A stretch of 64,000 nucleotides of DNA from Macrostomum hystrix. Its lineage: Eukaryota; Animalia; Platyhelminthes. The position numbers were made by a program, and so were the translations under genes. Under the pieces are notes generated by a model. The model did not search any database and was not told the DNA's origin. It saw only the letters and a program-made list of their open reading frames with translations. Positions 1-11,500 of the stretch are shown piece after piece. Positions within the stretch are counted from its first letter, which is position 1. Each line of letters starts with the position of its first letter. The stretch lies in the NCBI GenBank assembly GCA_950097015.1, contig CATNEN010000011.1:2418001-2482000 (forward strand), read 5' to 3'.

Positions 1-162
1 CCAGCTCCCTGATGGACCCGATCCCCGATCCCCGTTTCTGTGGTCAACTCCAACATCAACCGCTGGATGGAGACCCAGCACCGGAGGAGGTGGTCTAGCA
101 CCCTGAACTGTCGCCTCCTCGCTGCGTCCGTCATGGAGGCTCCCTGCCGCTAAGTAAGTAAG
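1..162 (+). mobile_element. Degenerate non-LTR retrotransposon fragment (post-RNase H-like peptide plus TAAG tail)
   Basis: Frame 1 reads SPIPVSVVNSNINRWMETQHRRRWSSTLNCR, resembling the region after RNase H in LOA/Lian-type LINEs. It has an upstream stop and ends in TAAGTAAGTAAGT. Recognised from memory only. Confidence 0.35.
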
Positions 163-404
163 TCAGGTCAACAATTCACCATCAGAGTCAGTATTAAAGA
201 AAAAATGATGATGCATGACAGACATGACTGAGATTTTTTTCAATTAGGGAACGATTGTTTTTTGCTTCGAGTTAATAACTCACACTTTTAGCCCCTCACC
301 TGAGGATCTAAGAATTTCACTGATTTACAAAATCACGCCCACATTATGCTAATGATCCCATCAATAATTTTACTTTAATCTCGCTGAGCAAAGCATTCCA
401 CAAA

Positions 405-1456
405 GCAGAAGAGAACCAATGTCCCCCAGCAGCAGAGAACCAATGTCCCCCAGCAGCAGAGAACCAATGTCCCCCAGCAGCAGAGAACCAATGTCCCCCA
501 GCAGCAGAGAACCAATGTCCCCCAGCAGCAGAGAACCAATGTCCCCCAGCAGCAGAGAACCAATGTCCTCCCAGCAGCAGAGAACCAATGTCCCCCAGCA
601 GCAGAGAACCAATGTCCTCCCAGCAGCAGAGAACCAATGTCTCCCAGCACCAGAGAACAATGTCCCCCAGCAGCAGAGAACCAATGTCCTTTCACTCTCC
701 CAGCAGCAGAGAACCAATGTCCTTCCACTCTCCCAGCAGCAGAGAACCAATGTCCCCCCAGCAGCAGAGAACCAATGTCCCCCAGCAGCAGAGAACCAAT
801 GTTCCCCAGCAGCAGAGAACCAATGTCCCCCAGCAGCAGAGAACCAATGTCCCCCAGCAGCAGAGAACCAATGTCCCCCAGCACCAGAGAACAATGTCCC
901 CCAGCAGCAGAGAACCAATGTCCCCCAGCAGCAGAGAACCAATGTCCTTCCACTCTCCCAGCAGCAGAGAACCAATGTCCCCCCAGCAGCAGAGAACCAA
1001 TGTCCCCCAGAAGCAGAGAACCAATGTCCCCCAGCAGCAGAGAACAATGTCCCCCAGCAGCAGAGAACCAATGTCCTTTCACTCTCCCAGCAGCAGAGAA
1101 CCAATGTCCTTCCACTCTCCCAGCAGCAGAGAACCAATGTCCCCCCAGCAGCAGAGAACCAATGTCCCCCCAGCAGCAGAGAACCAATGTCCCCCAGAAG
1201 CAGAGAACCAATGTCCCCCAGCAGCAGAGAACCAATGTCCCCCAGCAGCAGAGAACCAATGTTCCCCAGAAGCAGAGAACCAATGTCCCCCAGCAGCAGA
1301 GAACCAATGTCCCCCAGCAGCAGAGAACCAATGTCCCCCAGCACCAGAGAACCAATGTCCCCCAGCAGCAGAGAACCAATGTCCCCCAGCAGCAGAGAAC
1401 CAATGTCCCCCAGCAGCAGAGAACCAATGTTCCCCAGAAGCAGAGAACCAATGTCA
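405..1456. repeat. Minisatellite, 24-bp unit GTCCCCCAGCAGCAGAGAACCAAT with 25-bp and longer variants
   Basis: Direct tandem repeats are visible and explain all the ORFs at 344-1507. Confidence 0.97.
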
Positions 1457-1469
1457 TTACACTGTCCCT

Positions 1470-1900
1470 TTTCAGATGGACTGAAGGTGGCTGTTGAGAT
1501 GGACTGAAGGTGGCTGTTAAGATGGACTGAAGGTGGCTGTTCAGTTGGACTGAATGTGGCTGTTGAGATGGACTGAAGGTGGCTGTTAAGATGGACTGAA
1601 GGTGGCTGTTGAGATGGACTGAAGGTGGCTGTTCAGATGGACTGAAGGTGGCTGTTCAGATGGACTGAAGGTGGCTGTTGAGATGACTGAAGGTGGCTGT
1701 TCAGATGGACTGAAGGTGGCTGTTCAGATGGACTGAAGGTGGCTGTTTAGATGGACTGAAGGTGGCTGTTTAGATGGACTGAAGGTGGCTGTTCAGATGG
1801 ATTGAAGGTGGCTGTTTAGATGGACTGAAGGTGGCTGTTTAGATGGACTGAAGGTGTCTGTTCAGATGGACTGAAGGTGGCTGTTCAGATGGATTGAATG
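1470..1900. repeat. Minisatellite, 23-bp unit TTCAGATGGACTGAAGGTGGCTG
   Basis: About 18 tandem copies abutting the previous array. Confidence 0.96.
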
Positions 1901-2306
1901 TTGCATTCGTTTTCTGATCGTATAGGTCATATTTGCAGTTCTGATTTTATTTCATATGTTTTACTACTTGAATAAAAGTTAGCTAATTGTGATACTGATT
2001 TAACATCAATTTTTAAGCACTTTTAACTTTTAAACGACAAGCCAGTATTAACTGATCAGTGCAGCTTCCGCGGAGTATTGAATAACTATTTAATTCAGAC
2101 AGAAATATATTTAGTTGTAAAATACTACAAACTTGGCCTGCTTGAGATTTGCAACGAGAACCAGTCAGTTTTTGTTATTGAGAAGAGACTTTTAGCGCTT
2201 TGATTTTTTTCTGTGCATTTTCTGACAGAACTTTAAGGGCATCAATATGATCAATACTTTAAATACATTCCAAAATCAGCACATCAAACGAAACATGCAA
2301 AAAATA

Positions 2307-3684
2307 TCAGGGCAAAGTCAACAGCACAGGCAGCAGCATCGCTAGCAGCATCGTGCAGCCCAGCAGTACGGATCCGGACGGCGAAGTCCGGCTTGAAGCA
2401 CCCGCAGCAGTCCTGGCTGGATCAGCAGCAGTCGTGGCTGCAGGCCCTGCAGTCGTGGCTGCACCCGCAGCAGTCGTGGCTGCAGGCCCAGCAGTCGTGG
2501 CTGCACCCGCAGCAGTCGTGGCTGCAGGCCCAGCAGTCGTGGCTGCACCCGCAGCAGTCGTGGCTGCAGGCCCAGCAGTCGTGGCTGCACCCGCAGCAGT
2601 CGTGGCTGCAGGCCCAGCAGTCGTGGCTGCACCCGCAGCAGTCGTGGCTGCAGGCCCAGCAGTCGTGGCTGCACCCGCAGCAGTCGTGGCTGCAGGCCCA
2701 GCAGTCGTGGCTGCACCCGCAGCAGTCGTGGCTGCAGGCCCAGCAGTCGTGGCTGCACCCGCAGCAGTCGTGGCTGCAGGCCCAGCAGTCGTGGCTGCAC
2801 CCGCAGCAGTCGTGGCTGCAGGCCCAGCAGTCGTGGCTGCACCCGCAGCAGTCGTGGCTGCAGGCCCAGCAGTCGTGGCTGCACCCGCAGCAGTCGTGGC
2901 TGCAGGCCCAGCAGTCGTGGCTACACCCGCAGCAGTCGTGGCTGCAGGCCCAGCAGTCGTGGCTGCACCCGCAGCAGTCGTGGCTGCAGGCCCAGCAGTC
3001 GTGGTTATTGAAATACAATCAGAATAGTTTTCGTTTGGTGTACATTCGTAAGATTTTAAGTTCCGAGCAACTTGAGAATTGCCGAAAAGCCGCACCAAGC
3101 GTTTAAGATATTGGTCGACATCCGATTTGCAGCCGATGTAGATCTCATGGTATTTTGTTCCAGGAAGAATGTCAAATTTTGAGCACTTTTCCGATCGTGA
3201 ACAAAAAATTTTATTTGGCCCTACTGGTGTAGCGTTTGCGAGGATCCAGACCTGACCCGCAATTGCGTATTCGAGGCATTCTACTAGATCATCGGTCACG
3301 TTTAATGCACTCGCTTTATTGCAGTCATCACCAGTGCAGTCTTTGCAAAAATGTTTAGCGTCCTGCGTAGCGGGACAGGCGCCGCAACCATATTTCAGCT
3401 TCTAAAAAAGGTTTCCGCGTGCAAACTGTTACTTTATGAATTCGAACTGATATGCTAATTTACTTAGTTTATTTCATTCGGTCGCTCACCACTTTGATGG
3501 TTTTATCATATTCCACTTTACACTTGGTGACTGTGGCAGGAGTGCAAGTAGTAGAACTATTGTCATTCATATATGTTTCGACTGATTGTTGCCGACTCGA
3601 CGAGATACATTTAATGCAATCAGCCAGCTGGATGTCTCCAACTGCAAGTAACACGCCAACAATAACCAGCTGCATAGTCGTCAT
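2307..3684 (-). CDS. GPI-anchored surface protein with two Ly6/uPAR (three-finger)-like Cys domains and a mucin-like Ala/Thr stalk; join(complement 3684..3490, 3401..2307), 429 aa
   Basis: Signal peptide MTTMQLVIVGVLLAVGDIQLADC. An 88-nt phase-0 intron (GTGAGC...TTTTTTAG, 3489..3402) joins the two ORFs in frame. Cys pattern includes GCGAC...CKDCTGDDCN. About 14 x (TTAGPAATTAAGAA). Hydrophobic C-terminal tail SGSVLLGCTMLLAMLLPVLLTLP. Confidence 0.85.
2395..3005 (-). repeat. Coding minisatellite, 42-bp unit made of two 21-bp halves, encoding TTAGPAA/TTAAGAA
   Basis: Near-perfect tandem copies inside exon 2 of the Ly6-like gene. Confidence 0.95.
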
Positions 3685-4537
3685 GATTGCCAGCTTCGAT
3701 TCCGAACGGCCCAGTTAGATTTGGTCGATTAGCTGGCAGGTGGCAGTTGAATTGGAGTCAATTCTTGATCCAATTTGCAACGGCTGAGTAAAATTGGCCA
3801 ATGTTTAGTCGAGGGTTGTCTGTTTTTGGATTTGATTCTTCTTTTCGGGCCGCTGCCCCTTCTAAATGCTGCAGAAAATACAGGTCCGAGCTGGCTCGGT
3901 CTATGGCAGCGCTGGCTGACACAGGGGTACACGCCTTTTGTCTATGTCAAATTTCAGCTTTACTTTGCTTTTTGCCTGCATGCTTGACTTTTCCGAGATG
4001 AACTTTTCGGTTTGTACTATTAGAAAACTTTCTGGCTTTTTGGAGTTTCTCTCTCATTAGAATTATTGTATTGCTTTTGTCGCTCTATGTGAAACAGTGG
4101 GCATGCAAAACGGAATGGCCCATTCGTTTGAATTCAAGCGTTTGAATTCACACGAGAAAGTAAGCCATAGACAACTCAACTTGTCATGCTAAATGGAACG
4201 ATGAGCCAGAATAGAAGAAACGATTTTAGTTTTTCACAGCGACAACAAGACGCTTTCATTTTCTTTCGGTTGATCAGTTAAGCAATAATTGACGCCACAA
4301 ATTTCTGTACGTGATCGACAGCGCATCGTCGTTTGTCTGTACATTGAATGTATGTTTCCCATGGGCCCATACTTGACGGACCTTTTAGACAGAGCCAGGT
4401 TAACGAAAACTAATTACTTTTCTTCAAGCGCATCAAATAGTTCTTTCTCGGATTCCTCAACACCTCAGATCCCACGTCCTACACCACAGATCCCATATCC
4501 CAGAAAGTACATCAAATATTTACTTTGATGTAGCCCA

Positions 4538-4810
4538 GGTTGTAGCCTAGAGGTTTGGGCGTCGGACTCACGACTTGAAGGTCGGGGTTCGATTCTTGAC
4601 TCCACTAGCTGGATCAATTTGTGTCCTTTAGCGAGGCACAACTCTGTATTGCTTCAGTTCACCCAGCTGTTAAATGGGTAACAGCATTAGCTGGGATAAT
4701 TGAAGGTGGGTGTGGCGTCCCCCCAGTCCGTGGACTGAACAGCTGTACGCAGCCTTCAGATGCGCCGCGCATTAGCTGCGGCTGTGCTGTCGGCTGCACA
4801 TCTGACCCAA
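4538..4810 (+). mobile_element. tRNA-derived SINE, family A, copy 1
   Basis: A-box TAGCCTAGAGG and B-box GGTTCGATTC, a CORE-like middle (GTGTCCTTTAGCGAGGCAC...CCCAGCTGTTAAATGGG) and a structured 3' tail. Homologous to 42768-43030 and 55746-55852. Confidence 0.85.
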
Positions 4811-5039
4811 TTAGGGCAGGTGGAATAAAAAAAACATCAAATATGGGATACCGCGGATCCTACATCCGAGATCCTGTATCTCATACGACAGACCCCAGAT
4901 CCTAAATCGCACATTCCGAATCGTGATCGAAAAATCACTTTTAAGTTCCAATCAACCGGAATAATAATAGAGAGCGGAGGGACAGGATTTTGAAGGGTCT
5001 GCATGATTGGGGTCTCACAATGAGTCATGCTCAGCCAGA

Positions 5040-5225
5040 CCGCGGGCACATAGTTTTTACAATTTTACCCATTCCGCTAACTCCTGAGCACACTCTCATA
5101 CTGATACCGTACACGGAAAAGATGCCGCACAGTGTGTGTATACTTCAGGCAGTGTACACTCTCACTGTGCCTTAGAGGTTGGCCCTAAAGGGCATAAATT
5201 GCTCAACAAGCCCCCAAGCTTGCAC
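5040..5225 (-). mobile_element. SINE family B, partial copy
   Basis: Shares CTCCTGAGCACAC, GGCAGTGTACAC and TTAGAGGTTGGCCCTAAAGGGCATAAATTGC with the adjacent copy. Confidence 0.7.
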
Positions 5226-5229
5226 CCCT

Positions 5230-5548
5230 AGTATAATAATAATTGCAGGAGGGCTGCGGGCAATGGCACATCATTTGGTGACACTAGACCCGCAGCCAGC
5301 GAGGAGGCAATTCCGCCCATTTCGCTGACTCCTGAGCACACACGCACACAGATACTGTACGCAGGCACACGCTCACACAGGTGTGTACATCTGCCCTGAC
5401 TTTCTCATCGTCAGGCAGTGTACACTTTACTGCGCCTTAGAGGTTCGCCCTAAAGGGCATAAATTGCACGACAAGCCCCCAAGCCTTCTCTCCGCGGCTG
5501 CGGCCCAAAATGAATTTGGTGTTAACCGCTCTGCCACCCACCCCCCCT
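5230..5548 (-). mobile_element. tRNA-derived SINE, family B (head partly deleted)
   Basis: Minus strand begins GGGTGGGTGGCAGAGCGGTTAAC (A-box), is highly similar to 41315-41684 and ends in an ATT-rich tail. Confidence 0.85.
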
Positions 5549-5854
5549 TGAGCTCGATAGGACAGGCAAATTTGTCTTGCAGATGAAGCAGACATCTGAA
5601 GCAATGAAGCAGGACTTCATTGAAATGGGGATAATTTCCAAAAATCTGTTGAAACTTCTATCCATCAACGTATTTCTCGTATTAACCTTTCTAAAAAGTT
5701 TTGTGAGCGCAGCGTGAGACTCCTCATCCGCGACACAAGTATTTCTGTCAAAATAAATCTCTATTTATTAATTGGACTATCATGTTACTCTTAATGGCAA
5801 CTGATAGGACACAGGGTAGGTACTCGTAAGTTCCATCAGGTACAATTATGGAAG

Positions 5855-5950
5855 TGCGTGGGCGTGCCTACATACAAGCGTATCGTGTCTGTGTGAGTGT
5901 GTGCGGAGTCAGCGGAATGGCCAGAATTGGCTCCGTGCTGGCTGCCTGTC
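5855..5950 (+). mobile_element. Diverged SINE-B-related 3' fragment in opposite orientation
   Basis: GGAGTCAGCGGAATGGCCAGAATTGGCTCCGTGCTGGCTGC aligns with the family B segment GGAGTCAGCGGAATGGGCAGAATTGCCTCCTCGCTGGCTGC. Confidence 0.65.
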
Positions 5951-5959
5951 GATAGCTAA

Positions 5960-6140
5960 TAAATGAGGGCGCCACAGGGCGCCACACGTGCTCGTCAGCG
6001 ACAACGCCGCTGAGTTCCACGACGCGAGTCTCCTCGCCTGGCTAGAGAGGATCGGCTGTCGAGCTCTGAAGACCCGCCGCGACATCCACAATCCAACGGC
6101 CTGGCGGAGCGGATGGTGCGATCCATTCAAAAAAGAAGCC
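5960..6140 (+). mobile_element. Gypsy/Ty3 integrase core fragment (frameshifted)
   Basis: APHVLVSDNAAEF...LERIGCRALKT, then after a 1-nt frameshift PPRHPQSNGLAERMVRSIQK, matching the rve SDN...HPQSNGxAER motif. Confidence 0.85.
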
Positions 6141-6319
6141 TTCAATACTGGTCCTCAGTTCGGAGCGGACCCGACTCTATCATCGCGAAATTGGTGGCAA
6201 ATACAGAATACAGCGATGTTGGCATAGGGGAATAATGAATAGTGAAGAAATGCGGGATTGTCAACAGATTAGAAAAACAAAGTCCATCAAAACGCACAGA
6301 GAGAACTTTGAGTCAGAGT

Positions 6320-7335
6320 TCCCTAGGTGTAGAGTGTAGAATTACGGTACTATTTATTTTTAACCAATAATGCGCTAACTGTTCTACTCATTTCGCTTAA
6401 GTAGTATTTGTAGAAAAAGCGAACCAGAAAACATATAAGTACAGCATGTGATTCATTTCACCAAAAATGGAAAGCGAATCAATCAAAAAGTCATGTGATT
6501 ACTATTAATAGTATCCAATCAATTTTTATGTCATAAGCAACCAGCGATCCCACCAATCATGTTACCCAAAATCAATCAAAAGGTCAAGAAAGCGATAATC
6601 CATCTTTTTGCGCTTCTACTAGTTTAGTTCTAAAAAAGTCTAACCTCTCAAGTTGTCAAGCGTTGACCCAGACTTTTTGACACCATTTTGACACCTGTAC
6701 TTTAAACGCACTCATCGAACCCGAGAGGGTCCGATTCTCTATAAATACAAGAGCTCCGAAGCGAGCCCAGATTCACAGTCTCGCCGAGACGAACAGAGTC
6801 TCGCAGAAAAGAGAAAACGGAGAGTCTGAAGTAGATTGGACTCCAGGTCCAAGACTTGTGGTAAGAGTACCTTGATTAATTATTAATTAGTAAAGCTTTC
6901 TTGAGCTAAGTAAAACCTCTCCGAGTAATCGTTAAACCAACGATTACAGCGTAATCGCAGACGTGATTACATTGAATATATTACAAAGGGTGAGCGCCAG
7001 ACTCGTGGTAAAACCTACCAGGGCTGGTAAGAAGGAACACACTCCACAAGTGACTATTGGTTAACCGACATCAACGACAAATCAGAATCAGGAAGATACC
7101 ACACCTGATTACTATTGGCCCAGTGTAACTGCAACCGAGACGAGGAGAATAGATCAAATTCTCTTGCATTCAAACGATCCAGGTACCTGAAAGACAACCA
7201 GAAGCCAAGCGCATCAAAGCACTCCAAGCCGGCCGCAAACAAACAAAGAGGACCAGAGAACCACAATACCAAAGAAGGTAAGAACTAAAACTTCTGCTAA
7301 ATTAGTAGTAATTACTGGGGCGCCCAGCAGTTGCT
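6320..7335 (+). mobile_element. Possible LTR-like segment
   Basis: Follows the integrase remnant. TATAAATA near 6740, short internal repeats, and ends in AATTAAC TGGGGCGCCCAG (loosely PBS-like). No second LTR is visible. Confidence 0.3.
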
Positions 7336-7384
7336 GGAAGTGATAAATTCCTAAAAAATAAACAAGGAAATTATCATAGGCACT

Positions 7385-7810
7385 GGACTCAGAGAATGGG
7401 AAAATCAGCCAAGCTCAGCCACTTCTATTACACGTTTAATAATGATTTCTCCAGAGAAAAGTACCTAACAATAATCTCTAACCCAGAACAAAGGCGCACA
7501 ATGTCCCGATTTCGTCTAGGAAACCACAAACTGGCCTGTGAGGCATTGCGCCTCAATGGTAAGACCGAAAATCGCCTATGAAAGCAGAACATGTCCAAAC
7601 TGTAGAGTCGAGGTAGAGAACGAAACTCATATTCGCTTTAGATGCGACTGGTCGTTTATGTTCCAATTAGAAATAAACTCATAGAGAAAGTTGCAGGTAC
7701 TACTGTAAATAGTGTATTTAATGGACATATAATGGAAAGCACAGAATTAACATAAAGTTTTGTGGACTTCATAGAAAGCATACTTAAAGCTAGATATAAA
7801 AAGCCACTGC
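7385..7810 (+). mobile_element. 3' end of a CR1/L2-group LINE ORF2, degraded
   Basis: FNNDFSREKYLTIISNPEQRRTMSRFRLGNHKLACE... followed by VENETHIRFRC in a shifted frame, typical of the C-terminal region after RT. Contains stops and frameshifts. Confidence 0.75.
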
Positions 7811-8437
7811 CCTGAGGCCCATAGTTAGAATGCTAGATTATAGTTTGAGTTTGAATTTTCTTATATTTGATCGTAACTCGCAAAAACACAATAGCTATTC
7901 TCCTTTTGGGAGCGACGTGATTGCAATCACAGTTTTAATTTTCTCTTTAAATTTCAATATTTCATTTTTTGTTTTAACGCCTCTGCTTACAAATTTCAAA
8001 AATTTTATTCACCTAAAATTAACCTTATGCTTGCTACTGTTTTTCTATCACCTTTAAAAAAATCGACTTGTTTAGCCTTGTTACCAACATCAAATAAACA
8101 AAAAATCAGCACATAATCGGGGTGCGCACTTCAATAATAATAATAATTTAGTCTAATTCTTAAAGTCTGAAGTCTAAAAGTCTAACTATTCAAAGTCTGC
8201 TGAATTCCAAAGCTTCTTTCCATGATGTTTTTTTAATTATTTTCGCTTGCAAGTTATGAGCTCGCTCAAGCAAGTAATGCAGGTCACGCATTTCTTACAT
8301 CCTGGATGCCAAATAAGCGGACATTAAAGACTTTATCGCCTTTAGAAGCTAAATCGCGCTGTATTAAAGTGCGAAGCGATTAGATAACGAGTGTTTTTTA
8401 CCTGGAGTGTTTTTGTGTGACTGCCTCGAATTTTGGC

Positions 8438-8444
8438 TATAAAA
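8438..8444 (+). promoter_or_regulatory. Candidate TATA box of the EGF/VWD-like gene
   Basis: TATAAAA about 75 nt upstream of ATG 8518. Confidence 0.45.
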
Positions 8445-8517
8445 ATGAGTGACCAAAACTTAAAAAACCCAAGCAGCTTTTAAATAAAGCTTTTGTTACT
8501 AAATAAAATTTAGATCA

Positions 8518-11500
8518 ATGTTCAGCCAAGCTATATTTTCATTGCCGCTAGTCCTGGTCATTGCCAGTACGGTAGCTCATGGAATTCTAGTCTGCCAGAA
8601 TGGAGGCACCTACGACCTCGGGCTAAATATGTGTTTCTGCAGTCCTCACTACCATGGAGCCCTCTGTGAGTTATCATTTGCGACGTCTAATCCTTGCAGT
8701 GGTATTAGCGTGCCTGTGCTGCGCGATCGCTATGGAACGCATAGGCTCGGCAACCACGAAGCTTGCGACAGTTCGCCGCTCCAAATGTGCACCGACTTCA
8801 CCGTCATCCGTTCGGGCTGGTATCGATTGGAGTCACCCGCTGGAGGCTACCTTGTGTATGAGTGCCCGAGAAAAACAGTGGACTGCGGCAGCTACAATCC
8901 ATACTTACTCACTAACAAGGAACAGGAACGAAACTTTAACATTCGACTGTTCAAGGCTAAAGCGTTTCGCTACCGATCCACATTGCCCAATGGTTGCTAC
9001 ATTTCGACCGACATTAGCTACCCAGTTCGCATTCTCGAGTGTTCGCCCTACCTTACCCTTTACTACCTGACACCACTGCCTAAGAAGCATCATTTCTGCA
9101 TTGGAGATAAAAGGCGATGTCCACCGGGAACAATATCCATTGATTGAACAGGATTCGAGCCCTGTTCTAGCGTTGAGCACTGCTCGCCTCGATTAGTTGA
9201 TAATCCGGTGGCTCCAAAGCTGCGACTTGAATACGAAATCACTAATCCATCGAAGACGGATCAGATTTGGTACGAAGGGTCGTTTTATTGTGACGTGTTC
9301 CCAATATTTAAGTCAAACTGGAGCGGCATTGATGGGGTCAGATACCAGGTCGACTTTAAATTGACTCTCAGAAACGGCACGACTATGACCTTTCCGGAAT
9401 GTCATTGGTCAGATCAGATTATTGATTATGGAAAGCGATCGACTTTTAAATGCGAATCACATCAAGTTCTGAAAAGTGACTTTAACGTTTACGGTGGGTC
9501 ACTGCTCTGTCGTGTGCAGGCGAGATGCAACGGCACTAACGACGACTACAACTCCGCTATAGTCGCATCAAACAGTCATGGCTTCTCCTTCAATCACTGG
9601 TTTCCAGACCAGAAAGATGTAATCAAACCCAATGAGCCGGTTTCTCTATGCGTTTCGTCCAAGAACATCCCAATCTCGGGCAGTGTCTATTTTCGAGTTT
9701 CCGTTGGCCGAAGAAAAATCATCCCTAACGACAGAATCGATGTATCGGTGTTTCGACGTGATTCCAATGAGAGCTGCCGATACGAAATGCGGAATAATGT
9801 TTGGCAGAACAAGCAAATCTGCATCAATTTAACATTATACAACCGAGATCCAGACAATCACATCACGCTTGGATTGCAAAAGGCTGACCAAATAAGCATC
9901 ATAAAAGTTAAAATTTACTATAGCTCAACAGCTAATGGTTTGTCTACTTGGCATCCTAATGGGACTTTATTTAATCAAGAAATCCACGATATTGAAATGA
10001 AAGTCGACCTGACACGTCTGCTGGAGCCTGTAACTACATTTCTTCATGTTTATTTTGATCCGTGGGTTAAGCCTGCGAATAGGGACTATCGTAAAACTTT
10101 TCGTATTTATCCCAATATCCAATCACACTACATGCTCGTCAAGCACAAGCTACTTCCGTACGAAATTCAGGGAACTATTATTCGTGACTACGTAACTGAC
10201 ATTACTATTCGATACGTTTATGACGTCATTCACATCTATGGAATCTATAGCTTCTTAACTAAAAGACTTACCTATCGAATCATTCCTAAGAGGCTACCAC
10301 CCCACGTGAAGGATCCGTTAAGAAAGAAGCCGGACGGTTTGCCATTTGGGGTAACTTTAACTTGGACTCCTCAAGCCATCAAAGTTCAATTTGATTTGTA
10401 TGGAACTATTCTGTACGTATGGGGTTTCCGCACAAACACGCAGAGTTGTGCAAACCAGTTTGTGATGGATAATAAAATTTTTACACAGCATAATTGTGAG
10501 GGTCCTGTTCTTAATATCGGGTCACGGATTGCACTTGACCTAATGCTGGTGCCAGGATTCTACGACACCCCGAGTCACACAGACGGCATGCTGTTTGCTA
10601 GCACGCCTCCAACGCCTATCCATAATGGCAGAGACGCCCTACTCGACAATAACTATGAGATGAGACCGATTCAACCCATCAATAGTCCCTTGCAGCCAAC
10701 TGAAGTTCTTAACATTTGCACCTGCGATGGAACATCAGGTGACAGTTTAAAGAGCAACTGCTTTGTGTCCATAGACAACATAACTCCGTCAAAAGAACAA
10801 CCGCTAAAACAGTTAAGGCGAGAGCTGAGGCCTTTGCGAGAGCCAAGCAAGCGAAATGCCGGATTTCAGTTATCCGGTTCGAACATAAGCGTACTAGAAG
10901 CAGAAGAAATGTGCAGAAAATTTATCCAGATACAACTGAGCAAATCTGTGAGCACGGAAATCTGCTCTTCAAGGACGGGACCAGTTGGCGAGGCGGACTA
11001 CATCAGTCAGTTTAAAAGTCTGTGCATTTCGTACGCTACCACGCTAGGGACTTACGAATTTTCTCAATCCCTCTTCAACACGATACTTGGCATGTGCTAC
11101 ACTGACTTGACATACAATGCAACTGTTGTTCTGGGAAACTCCACCCAGATTGATGTACTTCGGGAGAATCTGTGCCCCACCAACTGCTCTGATCGGGGAG
11201 TCTGCCTCAGCGGTGAGTGCAGCTGCGATGAAGGATTCTTCGGAGCAAGCTGCGAACTTGAGCTATCAAAGATTGAAGAACTACCGACTGAGATCAGCTT
11301 GATGCAGCAAACTGTGTTCTGCCCGTCGAGCAGCTGCGAGGCCGTCTATTTGTCTGTGAAACCGGTTCTGAAATCTGAAGACTGCACTTGCAACATTCTG
11401 CTGGACTCCATTCACAAGTTCACTGTACCAGCCAGATTCATTAGCGGCGACATAGTCCTGTGCGATTTGAAAAACCCGCTTGACTGGCTGTACGATTCAG

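Noticed and set aside
344-1507. Several 100-360 aa ORFs on both strands
   Set aside because: They are translations of the 24-bp array in all frames, with no flanking unique coding sequence.
4538-4620. Functional tRNA genes at SINE heads (also 42768, 55746, 41684)
   Set aside because: The acceptor stems are incomplete, the anticodon loops differ between copies, and each continues into a shared non-tRNA body.
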